Of a stretch of DNA of 64,000 nt, positions 28,929 to 38,742 are shown one piece after another. Every line of letters starts with the position of its first letter. Positions within the stretch are counted from its first letter, which is position 1. The stretch is from Candidatus Poribacteria bacterium (GTDB lineage Bacteria > Poribacteria > WGA-4E > PCPOR2b), in the NCBI GenBank assembly GCA_965218095.1, contig OZ244587.1, positions 128,001 through 192,000 of the forward strand. The letters run 5' to 3'. The notes below the pieces were generated by a model. That model did no database searches. It was given only the letters and a program-made list of their open reading frames with translations, and was not told the origin of the DNA. A program made the position numbers and the translations under genes.

Positions 28929-29807
28929 TCAATTTCTTATGATTCCAACTTCGATAGCGGTGTCAAGGATAGGCTTGTACATAGAATTATCAGCAGGGAT
29001 GAAGCGAGTCCTAGGAAAAGCGGTAAGTACGGCTGAGTCCGTGATGCCGATAAGGGCTTGCTGAACCTTCTTGATGAACCCTTCACCGTAAGTTTCTTCC
29101 ACACTTCCACGAATTGTCCAGTTGTAGTCTGGGTATGGGGGCGTGCGCCAGATTACCTGCACCTTTTTTGGATCCACTCTGCCAGCCTCAACTTCCTTTT
29201 GCCAAACTTTGAAATTCATCGCCCCGACCTCATAGCTGCCGGTTTGAACCAGAGCTAGGGTCTTGGAATGGTCGCCACTGAAGCCGACACGTTTGAAAAC
29301 CTCACGAGGCGCCATCCCAAATGCCTGTCGGATAAAATACTCGGGCATTAGGCGTCCTGAAGTCGAGCCCTTGGAGCCGAAAGTGAATGTCCTGTCAACG
29401 ATGGCTTTCGGAAATTCTTCAGAAAACGACAATCCTGTACTCGTATTAGCGATGAAATAGGTGATGAAGTCGGGATCTTCCGCACCTTGCGCGATAGCGA
29501 CTGACTCCGGAACGGCGATCCGGGCTTGAACGCCTGACAACCCACCAAACCAGGCCAGTTGAACTTCGTTGTTCTTGAACGCCTGAACCGAGGCGCTGTA
29601 GGATTTCACAGGTATGTACTTCACCGTGATGCCCAATTTCTCCGAAAGGTAATCGGCTATCCTGCCGAAACGCTCCTGCAGTCGAGTGGTATCCTGGTCC
29701 GGAATGGCGGTGAAAGTCAAATCAGCGCTCCACGCCGTGAAAGCGCAGAGGGCAGTGATTAGCACCAGCGTCCCCAATTTTTGACATGTTTTGAAAACAG
29801 GTTTCAT
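28929..29807 (-). CDS. PhnD-like substrate-binding protein, putative selenate ABC type
   Basis: FTAIPDQD, VQLAWFGGLSGVQAR, FTFGSKGSTSGRLMP, GFSGDHSKT, TPPYPDYNW, recalled as typical of the putative selenate SBP family (TIGR04553). Confidence 0.8.
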   Translation of the reverse strand: MKPVFKTCQKLGTLVLITALCAFTAWSADLTFTAIPDQDTTRLQERFGRIADYLSEKLGITVKYIPVKSYSASVQAFKNNEVQLAWFGGLSGVQARIAVPESVAIAQGAEDPDFITYFIANTSTGLSFSEEFPKAIVDRTFTFGSKGSTSGRLMPEYFIRQAFGMAPREVFKRVGFSGDHSKTLALVQTGSYEVGAMNFKVWQKEVEAGRVDPKKVQVIWRTPPYPDYNWTIRGSVEETYGEGFIKKVQQALIGITDSAVLTAFPRTRFIPADNSMYKPILDTAIEVGIIRN

Positions 29808-29886
29808 CTAGCGATCCTTCCTGATATTAAGAATTTGGTGAAAGATCAGTCGTCCGCAAAACCGCTCATTTGCGGACGGCTGAAGA

Positions 29887-31131
29887 TTAGAACTTGTAAG
29901 CAGCATAAAACCTGACTCGGTCACTCTTACCGTCGTCGAAACCCTTGTATTCTGTTGTCCAATTGAGGTACTCCAGGTTGATTACCACAGGACCGAAGCT
30001 CGACTGTTGTACGATGAAAAAGACACGGTTCAGACTTCGACCGCCGTTGTTAAGATCGTCTTCGTCAGGGTCATCGATCGACGCACCCACGTATATGACA
30101 TTCTTGTAATTCTTCTTCTTAACGACGGTAAAGCTCAGTTGAGCGAAGCCGCCCTTTGCGTTAATTTCTGCGTTGGTTTTAGGATTGATGCCCTGAAAGA
30201 TACCTCCCCGAACATCACTCAGATTTTTGCCTCTCCAACCTTCGCCACTTAACACGAGGCGGTCTTGGTAAATCGGTAGTTTGATATCAACGCCAACGAC
30301 ATTGCTCTGGAATTCCTCTTTGCCGGTGCCGGTAAGTGGTGGGTCTACTTCCTCCCATGCTTGGTGGCCCCATGCGCCAACTTCAAGGGGATAGGACTTT
30401 CCCTCATCCGTATTCCAGACTGGTATTCGATAGCCGACACGTCCCTGTAACGTTGGACGCCCGGAAACTTCCCCGTCAGGCACACCGTTTCCATCAAGGT
30501 CTTTCCGATCGATGGCGCTAGTCAACCCAGCTGCTCCCTGTAGAAACAGCCGTGTTTTACCAATGGGCAGGGCATACTGTAAGCGGGCTTGAGGTCTTCG
30601 GTCTGCCAAATTACCGGCGCCCCATAATATCATGTCGTCATTAGCAATTGGGAAGAGCGGCGATATCAGGTCAATTGTCTGCCCGCCAAGCACAGAAAAA
30701 TTTCCCCACTGAAGCTTCAACCAGGCGTGGCGCATACGAAACATGTTACGCGAATCAGATGCTGGCCCATAGAAATCAACCTCCATGCGCCCGGTGAGTT
30801 TTGGCGAGCCCATCGCCTCGACCTTTCCACCTTGCAGGTTAAAACCGAAGCGAGTCATCCGGGTATAGAGGGTGAATTCGCTCTGGTTTTCCGGAGCCGC
30901 TTTCACGCCTTCGGCTGCAAGCGCCTTGGGGTCCTCAGAGAGGACGTAAGCGGGGATCTGCGTGTCACTCATCCGTGAGGTATCGTAGGCGGCATCCATA
31001 CGTAGAAATCCGTAAAATTGAATATCTGATCCTTTCTGCGTCTGATCAGCAAATACAACTGTGGAACCTATCAACCATGCGACAACTGTAATAAGACTCA
31101 GATTTCGCTGGAAGTTTGTTCTCATTATCAT
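29887..31131 (-). CDS. DcaP-like outer-membrane porin
   Basis: Signal peptide; IQFYGFLRMDAAYD, TRFGF, EVDFYG, RMRHAW, GQT, RRPQARL; C-terminal YKF. Confidence 0.8.
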   Translation of the reverse strand: MIMRTNFQRNLSLITVVAWLIGSTVVFADQTQKGSDIQFYGFLRMDAAYDTSRMSDTQIPAYVLSEDPKALAAEGVKAAPENQSEFTLYTRMTRFGFNLQGGKVEAMGSPKLTGRMEVDFYGPASDSRNMFRMRHAWLKLQWGNFSVLGGQTIDLISPLFPIANDDMILWGAGNLADRRPQARLQYALPIGKTRLFLQGAAGLTSAIDRKDLDGNGVPDGEVSGRPTLQGRVGYRIPVWNTDEGKSYPLEVGAWGHQAWEEVDPPLTGTGKEEFQSNVVGVDIKLPIYQDRLVLSGEGWRGKNLSDVRGGIFQGINPKTNAEINAKGGFAQLSFTVVKKKNYKNVIYVGASIDDPDEDDLNNGGRSLNRVFFIVQQSSFGPVVINLEYLNWTTEYKGFDDGKSDRVRFYAAYKF

Positions 31132-31165
31132 CCCCTTTCAGATGTTCAAAAGTGACGACTGATCT

Positions 31166-31351
31166 GCGGGATAAATTTCTGGACAGTTCAAGTAGAGCCC
31201 CGATAAATCGGGGCTCCGATCCATCAGAGCTCTGTCCAATTCTCGGACGAGCACTGTATATGCCTGCATCCTGCGAAGCGGGGCTCTACATCTCTGTTCT
31301 TCGTTTGATCCTAAAACTGTCCAAGAACTTCTGCCTTGAAGCACTACCCGC
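31166..31351. repeat. Nested inverted repeats with a GTAG-REP-like doublet, upstream of the porin
   Basis: TTCTGGACAGTT/AACTGTCCAAGAA, GTAGAGCCCCG/CGGGGCTCTAC and GAGCCCCGAT-AA-ATCGGGGCTC. Confidence 0.65.
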
Positions 31352-31591
31352 CACAAAAGTAGAAAATTGTGACGCCATAGAATAATTTTATCGTAACGAT
31401 AAGTTTATTTTATCAAAATTGCTTTACGAAGTCAACAACTAATGATGATATTCGGATTGATTGGGAGGGAGAAGGTGGGAAAGTCGTGTGGCGCTTTGGT
31501 CCAGGCTCGGGCGCTGCTGGAGAAAGGAGACAGGGGAGAGAGCAAGATTTCCCCTGTCTCGTCGGCATGACTTCTGCCAATAAAACCTTTG

Positions 31592-31960
31592 TCACTGGCA
31601 AGAACGTAACCGCTGTGGTAAACATAATAATTCAGAACGAGTTACAATTTCCAGCAGTTTGGCGCACAGAATCTTGATAAATGTCAGAGGTAAGGATTTT
31701 TCATTATTTTGCCTTTCTATAGTATATCGGAAAACCATGACCCAGCATTCTTCAGGATTGTGCCCCTGCCAGCCACCTTTCTGGATCGATGACTTAATCT
31801 CAATGCCCTCCAAATCCGGGAATCTTTTCCACAGTCCATGAATGAACAGTTTCTTGCTAAACTTGGATAGCTCGAATGCTTTCATCAGCCGTTGTTCTGG
31901 CGACATTTGCCGAAGCACTTGAATATATTTCTTATGATTTGGGTGTTCTTTGATGTCTAT
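31592..31960 (-). pseudogene. Small antitoxin-like hypothetical protein, degraded
   Basis: KYIQVLRQMSPEQRLMKAFELS...GLWKRFPDL; start codon unclear and 3' part divergent. Confidence 0.4.
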
Positions 31961-31978
31961 ATCCCTTCACCACCTTGA

Positions 31979-32929
31979 TTATCTCTGTGGAGTGCCTTCA
32001 TTAGACATCGCGGGGCTCGTAACATCCAGAAATAAATCCTCTAACCCGTATTCAGTTTTCTGGAAACGTAGAATCGTGACGCCCCCATGGATCAAATCCT
32101 TCAGCAGGTTCGCAATCTCTGCCTCCTCCATCTGTGATTCAATCTGGATCCGCCTCTCCGTTACTTCCAGCGAAATGAGATCCGACCTTTCTTCGAGGAT
32201 TGCTTGAGCCGCATCCATGCCCGACATAATCTCGATCTCCAGTCGGTGCTGATTTCCAAATCGGCGGGATATGTCGCCTACCTCCCCGAAAAACGCAAGT
32301 CTGCCTTCATTCAGAATTCCAACGCGGTTACATGTTGTGGCCTTCACGTCTGCCAGATGATTTGTTGCCAGAATGATCGTTTTCCCCATTGCGCCAAGCT
32401 CCTGGATTAACGCATCCATTTCGGTCTGCCCTCGCGCATCCAAGACCGAAATCGGCCCATCAAGCAACCAGATGAGCGGATCATGCAAAAAGGTTTTGGC
32501 AAGACATAAGCGCCGTTTCTGTCCCAGCGAGAGGTGTTGGATTTTCTGCTCGCGCAAAGTTGTCAGATCCATCAGATCCAGAACATCCTGGATTGCTGCC
32601 GAACGTTGCGTGCGTTCTAATTTGTATGCGGCGGCGAAAAACTCAAGATATTCCCAAACCGAGAGGTCGGGATAGCCATCGAAGGTTTCGGGGACGTAGC
32701 CGATGAGCGGACGGATGGCATGAAGGTTGGCGATGGCATCGTATCCTGCGATTTCAATAGAACCAGAAGTCGGTTTAATCAGCGTCGCGATGAGCTTAAG
32801 CAGGAGCGTCTTGCCTGAACCATTTGTACCCAACAGAGCGAGACGATCCCCTGCATCTAAATGAAAATTCAGATCTGTGAGAATCAGTTTCTGTTGAAAA
32901 GATTTGCATAATCTTTGGACACGAATCAC
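31979..32929 (-). CDS. ABC-2-type transporter ATP-binding protein
   Basis: GTNGSGKT, LSLGQKRRL; degenerate Walker B (LLDGP). Confidence 0.85.
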   Translation of the reverse strand: MIRVQRLCKSFQQKLILTDLNFHLDAGDRLALLGTNGSGKTLLLKLIATLIKPTSGSIEIAGYDAIANLHAIRPLIGYVPETFDGYPDLSVWEYLEFFAAAYKLERTQRSAAIQDVLDLMDLTTLREQKIQHLSLGQKRRLCLAKTFLHDPLIWLLDGPISVLDARGQTEMDALIQELGAMGKTIILATNHLADVKATTCNRVGILNEGRLAFFGEVGDISRRFGNQHRLEIEIMSGMDAAQAILEERSDLISLEVTERRIQIESQMEEAEIANLLKDLIHGGVTILRFQKTEYGLEDLFLDVTSPAMSNEGTPQR

Positions 32930-33208
32930 GGTTTGAAAATCCTCAGGGTTAGTAAAAGAAGGCTTAACCTTTCAAAGGTTCAGAACCTTCTGAAAGGTTT
33001 ATTCACATTATAACATGCCGACCTCGATTTGAAAACCGGAATTCTGTTGGGGTTCCGGGGCAAAGTAACTGGTTTAGCAGCAAGATTCTTACAGGTGTTG
33101 CCTGCGGCAAATGGATGTGTTATAATCAGTACGAACAGGTGATGCAATTTGTATGGTTCTAATCCCTCAAGCACCAGCCAGCCTAGTTAATCTGAGGAAC
33201 AAATTACA

Positions 33209-34540
33209 ATGTCTACACATGGTAGAATTAGTCAACTGAGAACAGTTCTTTTGGAAAAAATACAACCGACGAGCATGTACTTCTACATCAACTTCGTCAT
33301 TCGGCTGGCAGTTCAGGTCTGGCGTCAACTTATCCATCATAAATGTCTCCAGCAAGCATCTTCATTGGCATTTACCACACTCATTTGCCTCGTCCCGCTA
33401 TCAGCAGTTGCTCTGTTCCTGCTGCAAAAACTCGGTGTAATTGAGGACTTCGTTGTCTATATCTGCAATAACTTCCTGCCGGGGTATCAAGCGGATGAGA
33501 TTGCATCAGGGATTTCTGGATTTGCCAAAGAGGCGCAAGGGAGTTTAGGCGCAGGAGGATTGCTGTTACTGCTGCTCATCTCAACAGCGCTGTTCAGCTC
33601 GGTGGAAAAAATCTTTAACGATATCTGGGACACCCGTAGACGGCTTTCCTTCTTCCAAAAATACGCAGTCTTCTATACGATCACCACAGTGGGCACGCTC
33701 TTGATGTGGTTTTCCATTTCAGTCTCCACGAATTGGCTATTTAAATATCTCCTGCCCTGGCTGTTTATGTATGCTGCCTTGTTATTGATATATAATGCTT
33801 TACCGAACACAGTTGTCCAGTGGAAATCAGCGCTGGTTGGCGCGTTGATTGCAGGCACGTTTTTCCAAAACGCGCGGGTAATTTTCGGATATTACCTTGC
33901 CAACATCGTCGGAAAGAACTACAGCATGATATATGGGGGTGCCCTGGCAATACCGATTCTGGCAGTCTGGATCTACATTGTGTGGGTAATTATTCTTCTC
34001 GGCGCAGAGATTACCCATGCCGTTCAACATCTGAAACATAGCAGATTCAGGCAGATAGGCGAAGGGCTAATCACACCAAACGTCAACGATGATAAGATTG
34101 TTTTTATGAACTCGATCTTAGTAATCAGGTTGTTTCTGACAGTTGCGGAACATTTTTATAAAGGCGAGGGGGCTTACCCAAAATCACAAATTATATTAAA
34201 ATACGGTCTTTCTGGTGATCTAATGAATCGAATCTTTACGCAATTCAGAGAGGAAGGGCTCATTTACGAGGTGGAAGGAAATACCAATGGATACATCCCG
34301 GCGCGTGCTTTGAGCGACATTACTTTGGATCAGGTCATCAGTGCTTTTGAGGGCAATATAGATGGGCTCACCCAGAATAGCGATGCGTTCTCTGAAGCTA
34401 CCGAACAGTTTTTGGATCAGGTTCGCACTGCACCTCAAGAGATTGCGCGAAGTCGAAGTATTGAGGAACTTGTTGCATCCACCGAACTAACGAAGATTTA
34501 TCGTGCTGAGAAACGAGACGATAAGACGGTAGGGATGTAA
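33209..34540 (+). CDS. YihY/BrkB-family membrane protein with a C-terminal wHTH (Rrf2-like)
   Basis: ASSLAFTTLICLVP, VEKIFNDIW, YSMIYG, WIYIVWVIILLGAEI, GYIPARALSDITL. Confidence 0.88.
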   Translation: MSTHGRISQLRTVLLEKIQPTSMYFYINFVIRLAVQVWRQLIHHKCLQQASSLAFTTLICLVPLSAVALFLLQKLGVIEDFVVYICNNFLPGYQADEIASGISGFAKEAQGSLGAGGLLLLLLISTALFSSVEKIFNDIWDTRRRLSFFQKYAVFYTITTVGTLLMWFSISVSTNWLFKYLLPWLFMYAALLLIYNALPNTVVQWKSALVGALIAGTFFQNARVIFGYYLANIVGKNYSMIYGGALAIPILAVWIYIVWVIILLGAEITHAVQHLKHSRFRQIGEGLITPNVNDDKIVFMNSILVIRLFLTVAEHFYKGEGAYPKSQIILKYGLSGDLMNRIFTQFREEGLIYEVEGNTNGYIPARALSDITLDQVISAFEGNIDGLTQNSDAFSEATEQFLDQVRTAPQEIARSRSIEELVASTELTKIYRAEKRDDKTVGM

Positions 34541-34566
34541 GACAAGGAACCCATGAATTCACGCTC

Positions 34567-35154
34567 TTATTCGTCTGTTCGTTCACTTGCTTCAGGTTGT
34601 GGCATCGTACCGAACTTCACATTGGAAGCCTCCGCAGCATTCACAACCTCACGCACAATCTGCATTGTGAGATCCGCCAGGTTTTGTGCAAACACCTGGT
34701 TACTTTGCTTAGATTCTATCGAATCACGGTATCGTGTGCCGCGCCGTAGTTCAGCCAGCCGATGGTTGGCAATGCCAAGCGCGGTGGTAACGAGTTCGGC
34801 CGGCACATAAAGTGGCTCTGCCGAAGATATTTCTGTCACCGAACTAACAGGGTGGTCGGGTGTTGCTGTTTCGTCGAGGGAGTCGCCTGCCAAAAATGCC
34901 TCCTTGTGGGATTCTATTGATTCAAGGATCTGCTTGGCTGCTATATGTTCCGCCAACCGTTTAGATCCACGAATCGGATCTAGCGTCGTGTAGGTTGCCT
35001 CCCCATATTTAACAGTGACAACCCAACTCGGCTCGTTGGGCGTTCCCTCGTGAACCGTTTCGTACACTGGATTTCCTAGCGCACGTTTTTGGCAGTATTG
35101 TTGAAGTATGCCTTTATAGTTTTCAACCGTTGTGTTGATGACTGATTCTGACAT
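34567..35154 (-). CDS. Stand-alone double-stranded RNA-binding motif protein
   Basis: NYKGILQQYCQK..PVY..G.P..P.W.VTV...GSKRLAEHIAA; no RNase III catalytic domain. Confidence 0.75.
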   Translation of the reverse strand: MSESVINTTVENYKGILQQYCQKRALGNPVYETVHEGTPNEPSWVVTVKYGEATYTTLDPIRGSKRLAEHIAAKQILESIESHKEAFLAGDSLDETATPDHPVSSVTEISSAEPLYVPAELVTTALGIANHRLAELRRGTRYRDSIESKQSNQVFAQNLADLTMQIVREVVNAAEASNVKFGTMPQPEASERTDE

Positions 35155-35274
35155 TCAAACCTCCGGAGGAACAACTTTGATTCAAGTGCATTACTGAGTA
35201 GTGTATCAAAAATTGGGGGCAACGGCAAGGAATTTCCAGTTTGATTCGATTGGCGCGAAATTTAACAAGGAGGT

Positions 35275-36419
35275 GTGACTTTGGCAACACGAGAAGAACG
35301 TCGGGCATATCAGATGCGATTGAAGAAATTCAAGGAGGCAGCGGTGCGTAGCAATCTTGAGACCATGCGGGCAATTCTTGAGGAAGATTCCAAGGTTTTG
35401 GAGGAGGACACACCGATGCTGGATGCCTGTTTGTATGGTCAGCCGAAGGCAGTGAAATTCATGCTGGACCACGGCGCGCTTGCCGAGCCAGCGGGCGAGT
35501 ATGCGCCGCGGCGACCACTCATCCGGGCAATCGTCCGAACCAAATCGGTGTCGTGGACCCATGGCCACAGGCAGGTTGTCGAACTCTTGCTCAACCGCGA
35601 CGTGCACACGGGGCCAGAGCAGTCATGGAACGGGCAGACAGCCCTCAGCGCCGCGGCGTCGGTGGGCAACCGGGAAGCAATCGATATGCTGCTTGCCCGT
35701 AACCCAATAGTCGACATCTTCGATGCCGCCGCCCTCGCTGACAGCGACCGGGCCGATCAATTTCTCAGGGGAGATCCAGGACTAGCGAAAGCAAATTCAG
35801 CCGGTTATGCCACCGCCCTGCACTACTGTGCCTATTCGGCGCTCGGCGCTGATGATCCGGACGCGGCAAAACGACTCGCCAAGATCGCTGAAACGCTAAT
35901 TTCGCTTGGCTCGCCAATTGAGCCGGTCAAGGTGGAAGGCAACGTGACCTATTCCGCCCTGACGCTCGCGTGTCTTGTTGGCAATGAAGCCGTGGCTGGA
36001 GTTCTGCTGCAAAATGGAGCGGATGCCAACGAAGCGCTTGAACCGGCGCTCGGCCGACAGCATCTGAACATCCTTGATATGATGGTTAAGTACGCGGGCG
36101 AGCTCAACCTTAATCGCAGGACAGGCAATAAGCTGCGAAATCCACTTCTCAACGAACTGATTCGATGGGGCTCGCTCAAACCGCAGGTTGGTTGCTTGCT
36201 CAAGGTGTGAAGCCAACGGAGACTGATACGAATGGCTGGACGGCCTTGCACTACGCGTCCCGTCGTGGTGTAAACACAGACCTCCTTCAGGAACTGCTCA
36301 ATCACGGGACGGAAATCAACGCAAGAACCAAAGAGGACAAGACATCGCTTGGGATAGCGCGTGAACGCAAGAAACAGAAGATTGTCGCTTTCCTTGAAGA
36401 ATATGGCGCGACGGAATGA
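35275..36419 (+). pseudogene. Ankyrin-repeat protein with a frameshift near 36180
   Basis: GQTALSAAA, ATALHYCA, GWTALHYAS; ORFs 35275-36210 and 36165-36419 overlap in different frames. Confidence 0.8.
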
Positions 36420-36702
36420 TTCTGGTATAAAAATCTTGCGAAGGAAAATCTTGCGAAGGTTTGAAACCTTCGCAGGGGTAATCTTCTTTAACTAGAAACT
36501 CCCCACGCATCGGCTCCAATCGAGTTTACCGAGGGGTTTACCAACTTTTCAGGCGCCGGCTGTGACATTCCAGTCAAAGTATATAATATTTATACGATGA
36601 GATCTATCCGCTGAAGACCTTACCTAAAGGGCAGGACAAACCCTATTCTGCTGTGAGGCGACGACAAGAAGCTTATTCCCAGGGGACGCCGCGAAAAATC
36701 GC

Positions 36703-36731
36703 TTGCCTCTGACACAACTTTCTGATACACT
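36703..36731 (+). promoter_or_regulatory. Possible sigma70 promoter
   Basis: TTGCCT-17 nt-TACACT. Confidence 0.4.
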
Positions 36732-36950
36732 TTGATAATATGTTATACTTATACCGCAACAGGTTATGACTTACATCATCGGCGTCCTGTCCTGCATCTT
36801 GAATCTGGTACCCATCTAAGATGCAAGATTCAGGATTCAAGATACAAAAGCGTCATTATGCCCTTTTGCAGTATATCACGACGTGCAAAATTAGACAAAT
36901 GAACACTGCCACGGGTTTAATCAAATTCCACTAACGCGAACAAAATTTAC

Positions 36951-37799
36951 ATGACGCTGAAGGAGATCCGCAATTATCTTGCTGGACGATTGCCCATCGA
37001 AAAAATCCCGTTAACCTGGGATGCAACCGGCTATACCTCCGAAGCCTTTAACCAATGGGTGAGTGATCCGACCTTTTCAGGATGGCCAGGCGAGCACCCC
37101 ACAGGAAAGGAAGTTCAAGTCATTGTCGAGCTCCTGAAGACTCGCCCCGGGGATTTTCTCCTGGATGTGGCTTGCGGCTACGGGCGGCATACCCTTCTGT
37201 TAGCAGATGAGTATCAACTGAAGGTCGCAGGAATTGATATGTCGCCGGGCCTCATCACCGCAGCGACACGATTTGCTAACGAGCAACAGTTGGACATTGT
37301 TTATGAAGTCAGGCATGGGGCAGACCTCCCCTGGCAGAATGAATTTGATAGCGCCATGATCGTGGATAGTTCATTCTCTCTTTTCTCACCGGAGGTCGCT
37401 CCGGTTGTTTTACGCGGTATCCATCGGGCCCTTTGCCCGACAGGTCGCCTTTTTCTAGATCTAGACAACAAGCCCTTCAACTGCCGGCATGGTGTCTCAG
37501 ACACGAATTGGCATACATGGCCTGGCGGTTTGACTTTGCGGGACATCTACTTTTATGAGGATAGTTCCGTGGAAGTCTGTCGCGATCTGATTTTGAAGCC
37601 GGATGTGAAAGAGGTAGACGAATTCATCATTTTCAAGCGCATCTATTCTCAGGCGGAAATTTTGAACCTGCTCTCATCCTGTGGCTTTCGAGTGGAGGGA
37701 GTCTATGGAGGCTGGGATCTATCGCCTTTGGAGCAGGGCAGTCCCAAGATGCTTTTAGTCGGTGAGAAAAGGATCCGTCCTCTTGTTCCCAAACTCTAG
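36951..37799 (+). CDS. Class I SAM-dependent methyltransferase
   Basis: LLDVACGYGRH, GIDMS, LCPTGRLFLD. Confidence 0.85.
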   Translation: MTLKEIRNYLAGRLPIEKIPLTWDATGYTSEAFNQWVSDPTFSGWPGEHPTGKEVQVIVELLKTRPGDFLLDVACGYGRHTLLLADEYQLKVAGIDMSPGLITAATRFANEQQLDIVYEVRHGADLPWQNEFDSAMIVDSSFSLFSPEVAPVVLRGIHRALCPTGRLFLDLDNKPFNCRHGVSDTNWHTWPGGLTLRDIYFYEDSSVEVCRDLILKPDVKEVDEFIIFKRIYSQAEILNLLSSCGFRVEGVYGGWDLSPLEQGSPKMLLVGEKRIRPLVPKL

Positions 37800-37911
37800 T
37801 CCCGATAGGATTGGCATCCAAAGCAACTTGGGAATGAGCCGATACCATGAATTCATTTACGTTTTATGCATTACGTTTTACGTTTCGTTTCACGAAAGGA
37901 GGTGAGATGAA

Positions 37912-38709
37912 ATGCCTGAAGGACAGCAAGAACAGCGAATTCTTGCCGTGTTTATTGATTTTGAGAACCTCGCTATCGGATTTGAAGAGAAACAAAAGGA
38001 ACGAAAGGGGCGCAACGGACAGTCGGATTTTGACGTTCAGAAGATTTTGGGGCGTCTGGTTGAAAAAGGGAATGTTGTTGTCAAAACAGCTTATGCTGAT
38101 TGGCACCGTTTCTTTAAGCACCGACAGCCACTCCACGAAGCAGGCATTGAGTTAATCGAGATTCCGAGGCGTTCAAGAGCCGGCAAGAATTCAGCGGATA
38201 TTCGGTTGTGCGTCGATGCCATCGATTTGTGCTATTCAAAGGAACATATCGATACTTTCGTCGTTATTTCGGGAGATAGTGACTTTGCACCACTCGTTTC
38301 CAAGCTCAAGGAAAACGGAAAGTATGTCATTGGGCTTGGCTTGAAAGAATCCACTTCAAATCTCTTGAGCGATAACTGCGACGAGTTTATCTACTACGAG
38401 GAACTTGAGAAAGACGAAACCACAGATCCGCGCGCGGAAAGGAATATCCCGAGGGAGTTACGGGATGTCTTTGATCTGCTATTCAGCACCATACGCGCAC
38501 TGATCCGTGAGAACCATGAAGTCTTGTGGTCTTCAATGATTAAAGATACGATGAAGCGGAAACGCCCTTCATTTAGCGAATCGTTATACGGATACAAATC
38601 CTTCAGCGAGCTCCTCGAAGATGCCCAACACAGGGGGTTTATTGTGTTGGAAAAGAACCTACGCAGCGGCACGTATGTAGTCGTCGGTTTTACGGAGAAG
38701 ATGAAGTAG
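37912..38709 (+). CDS. NYN (LabA/DUF88) domain protein with a C-terminal OST-HTH
   Basis: AVFIDFEN, GKNSADIRL, SGDSDF, PSFSESLYGYKSFSELL. Confidence 0.9.
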   Translation: MPEGQQEQRILAVFIDFENLAIGFEEKQKERKGRNGQSDFDVQKILGRLVEKGNVVVKTAYADWHRFFKHRQPLHEAGIELIEIPRRSRAGKNSADIRLCVDAIDLCYSKEHIDTFVVISGDSDFAPLVSKLKENGKYVIGLGLKESTSNLLSDNCDEFIYYEELEKDETTDPRAERNIPRELRDVFDLLFSTIRALIRENHEVLWSSMIKDTMKRKRPSFSESLYGYKSFSELLEDAQHRGFIVLEKNLRSGTYVVVGFTEKMK

Positions 38710-38742
38710 CTGAACCTTAAAATGATTGAGGCAACCGCATAG

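Noticed and set aside
36592-36625. Fluoride-riboswitch-like words (GATGAG...GCTGAAGACCTTAC)
   Set aside because: P1 and pseudoknot pairing are poor and no fluoride-related gene follows; an Infernal search would be needed.
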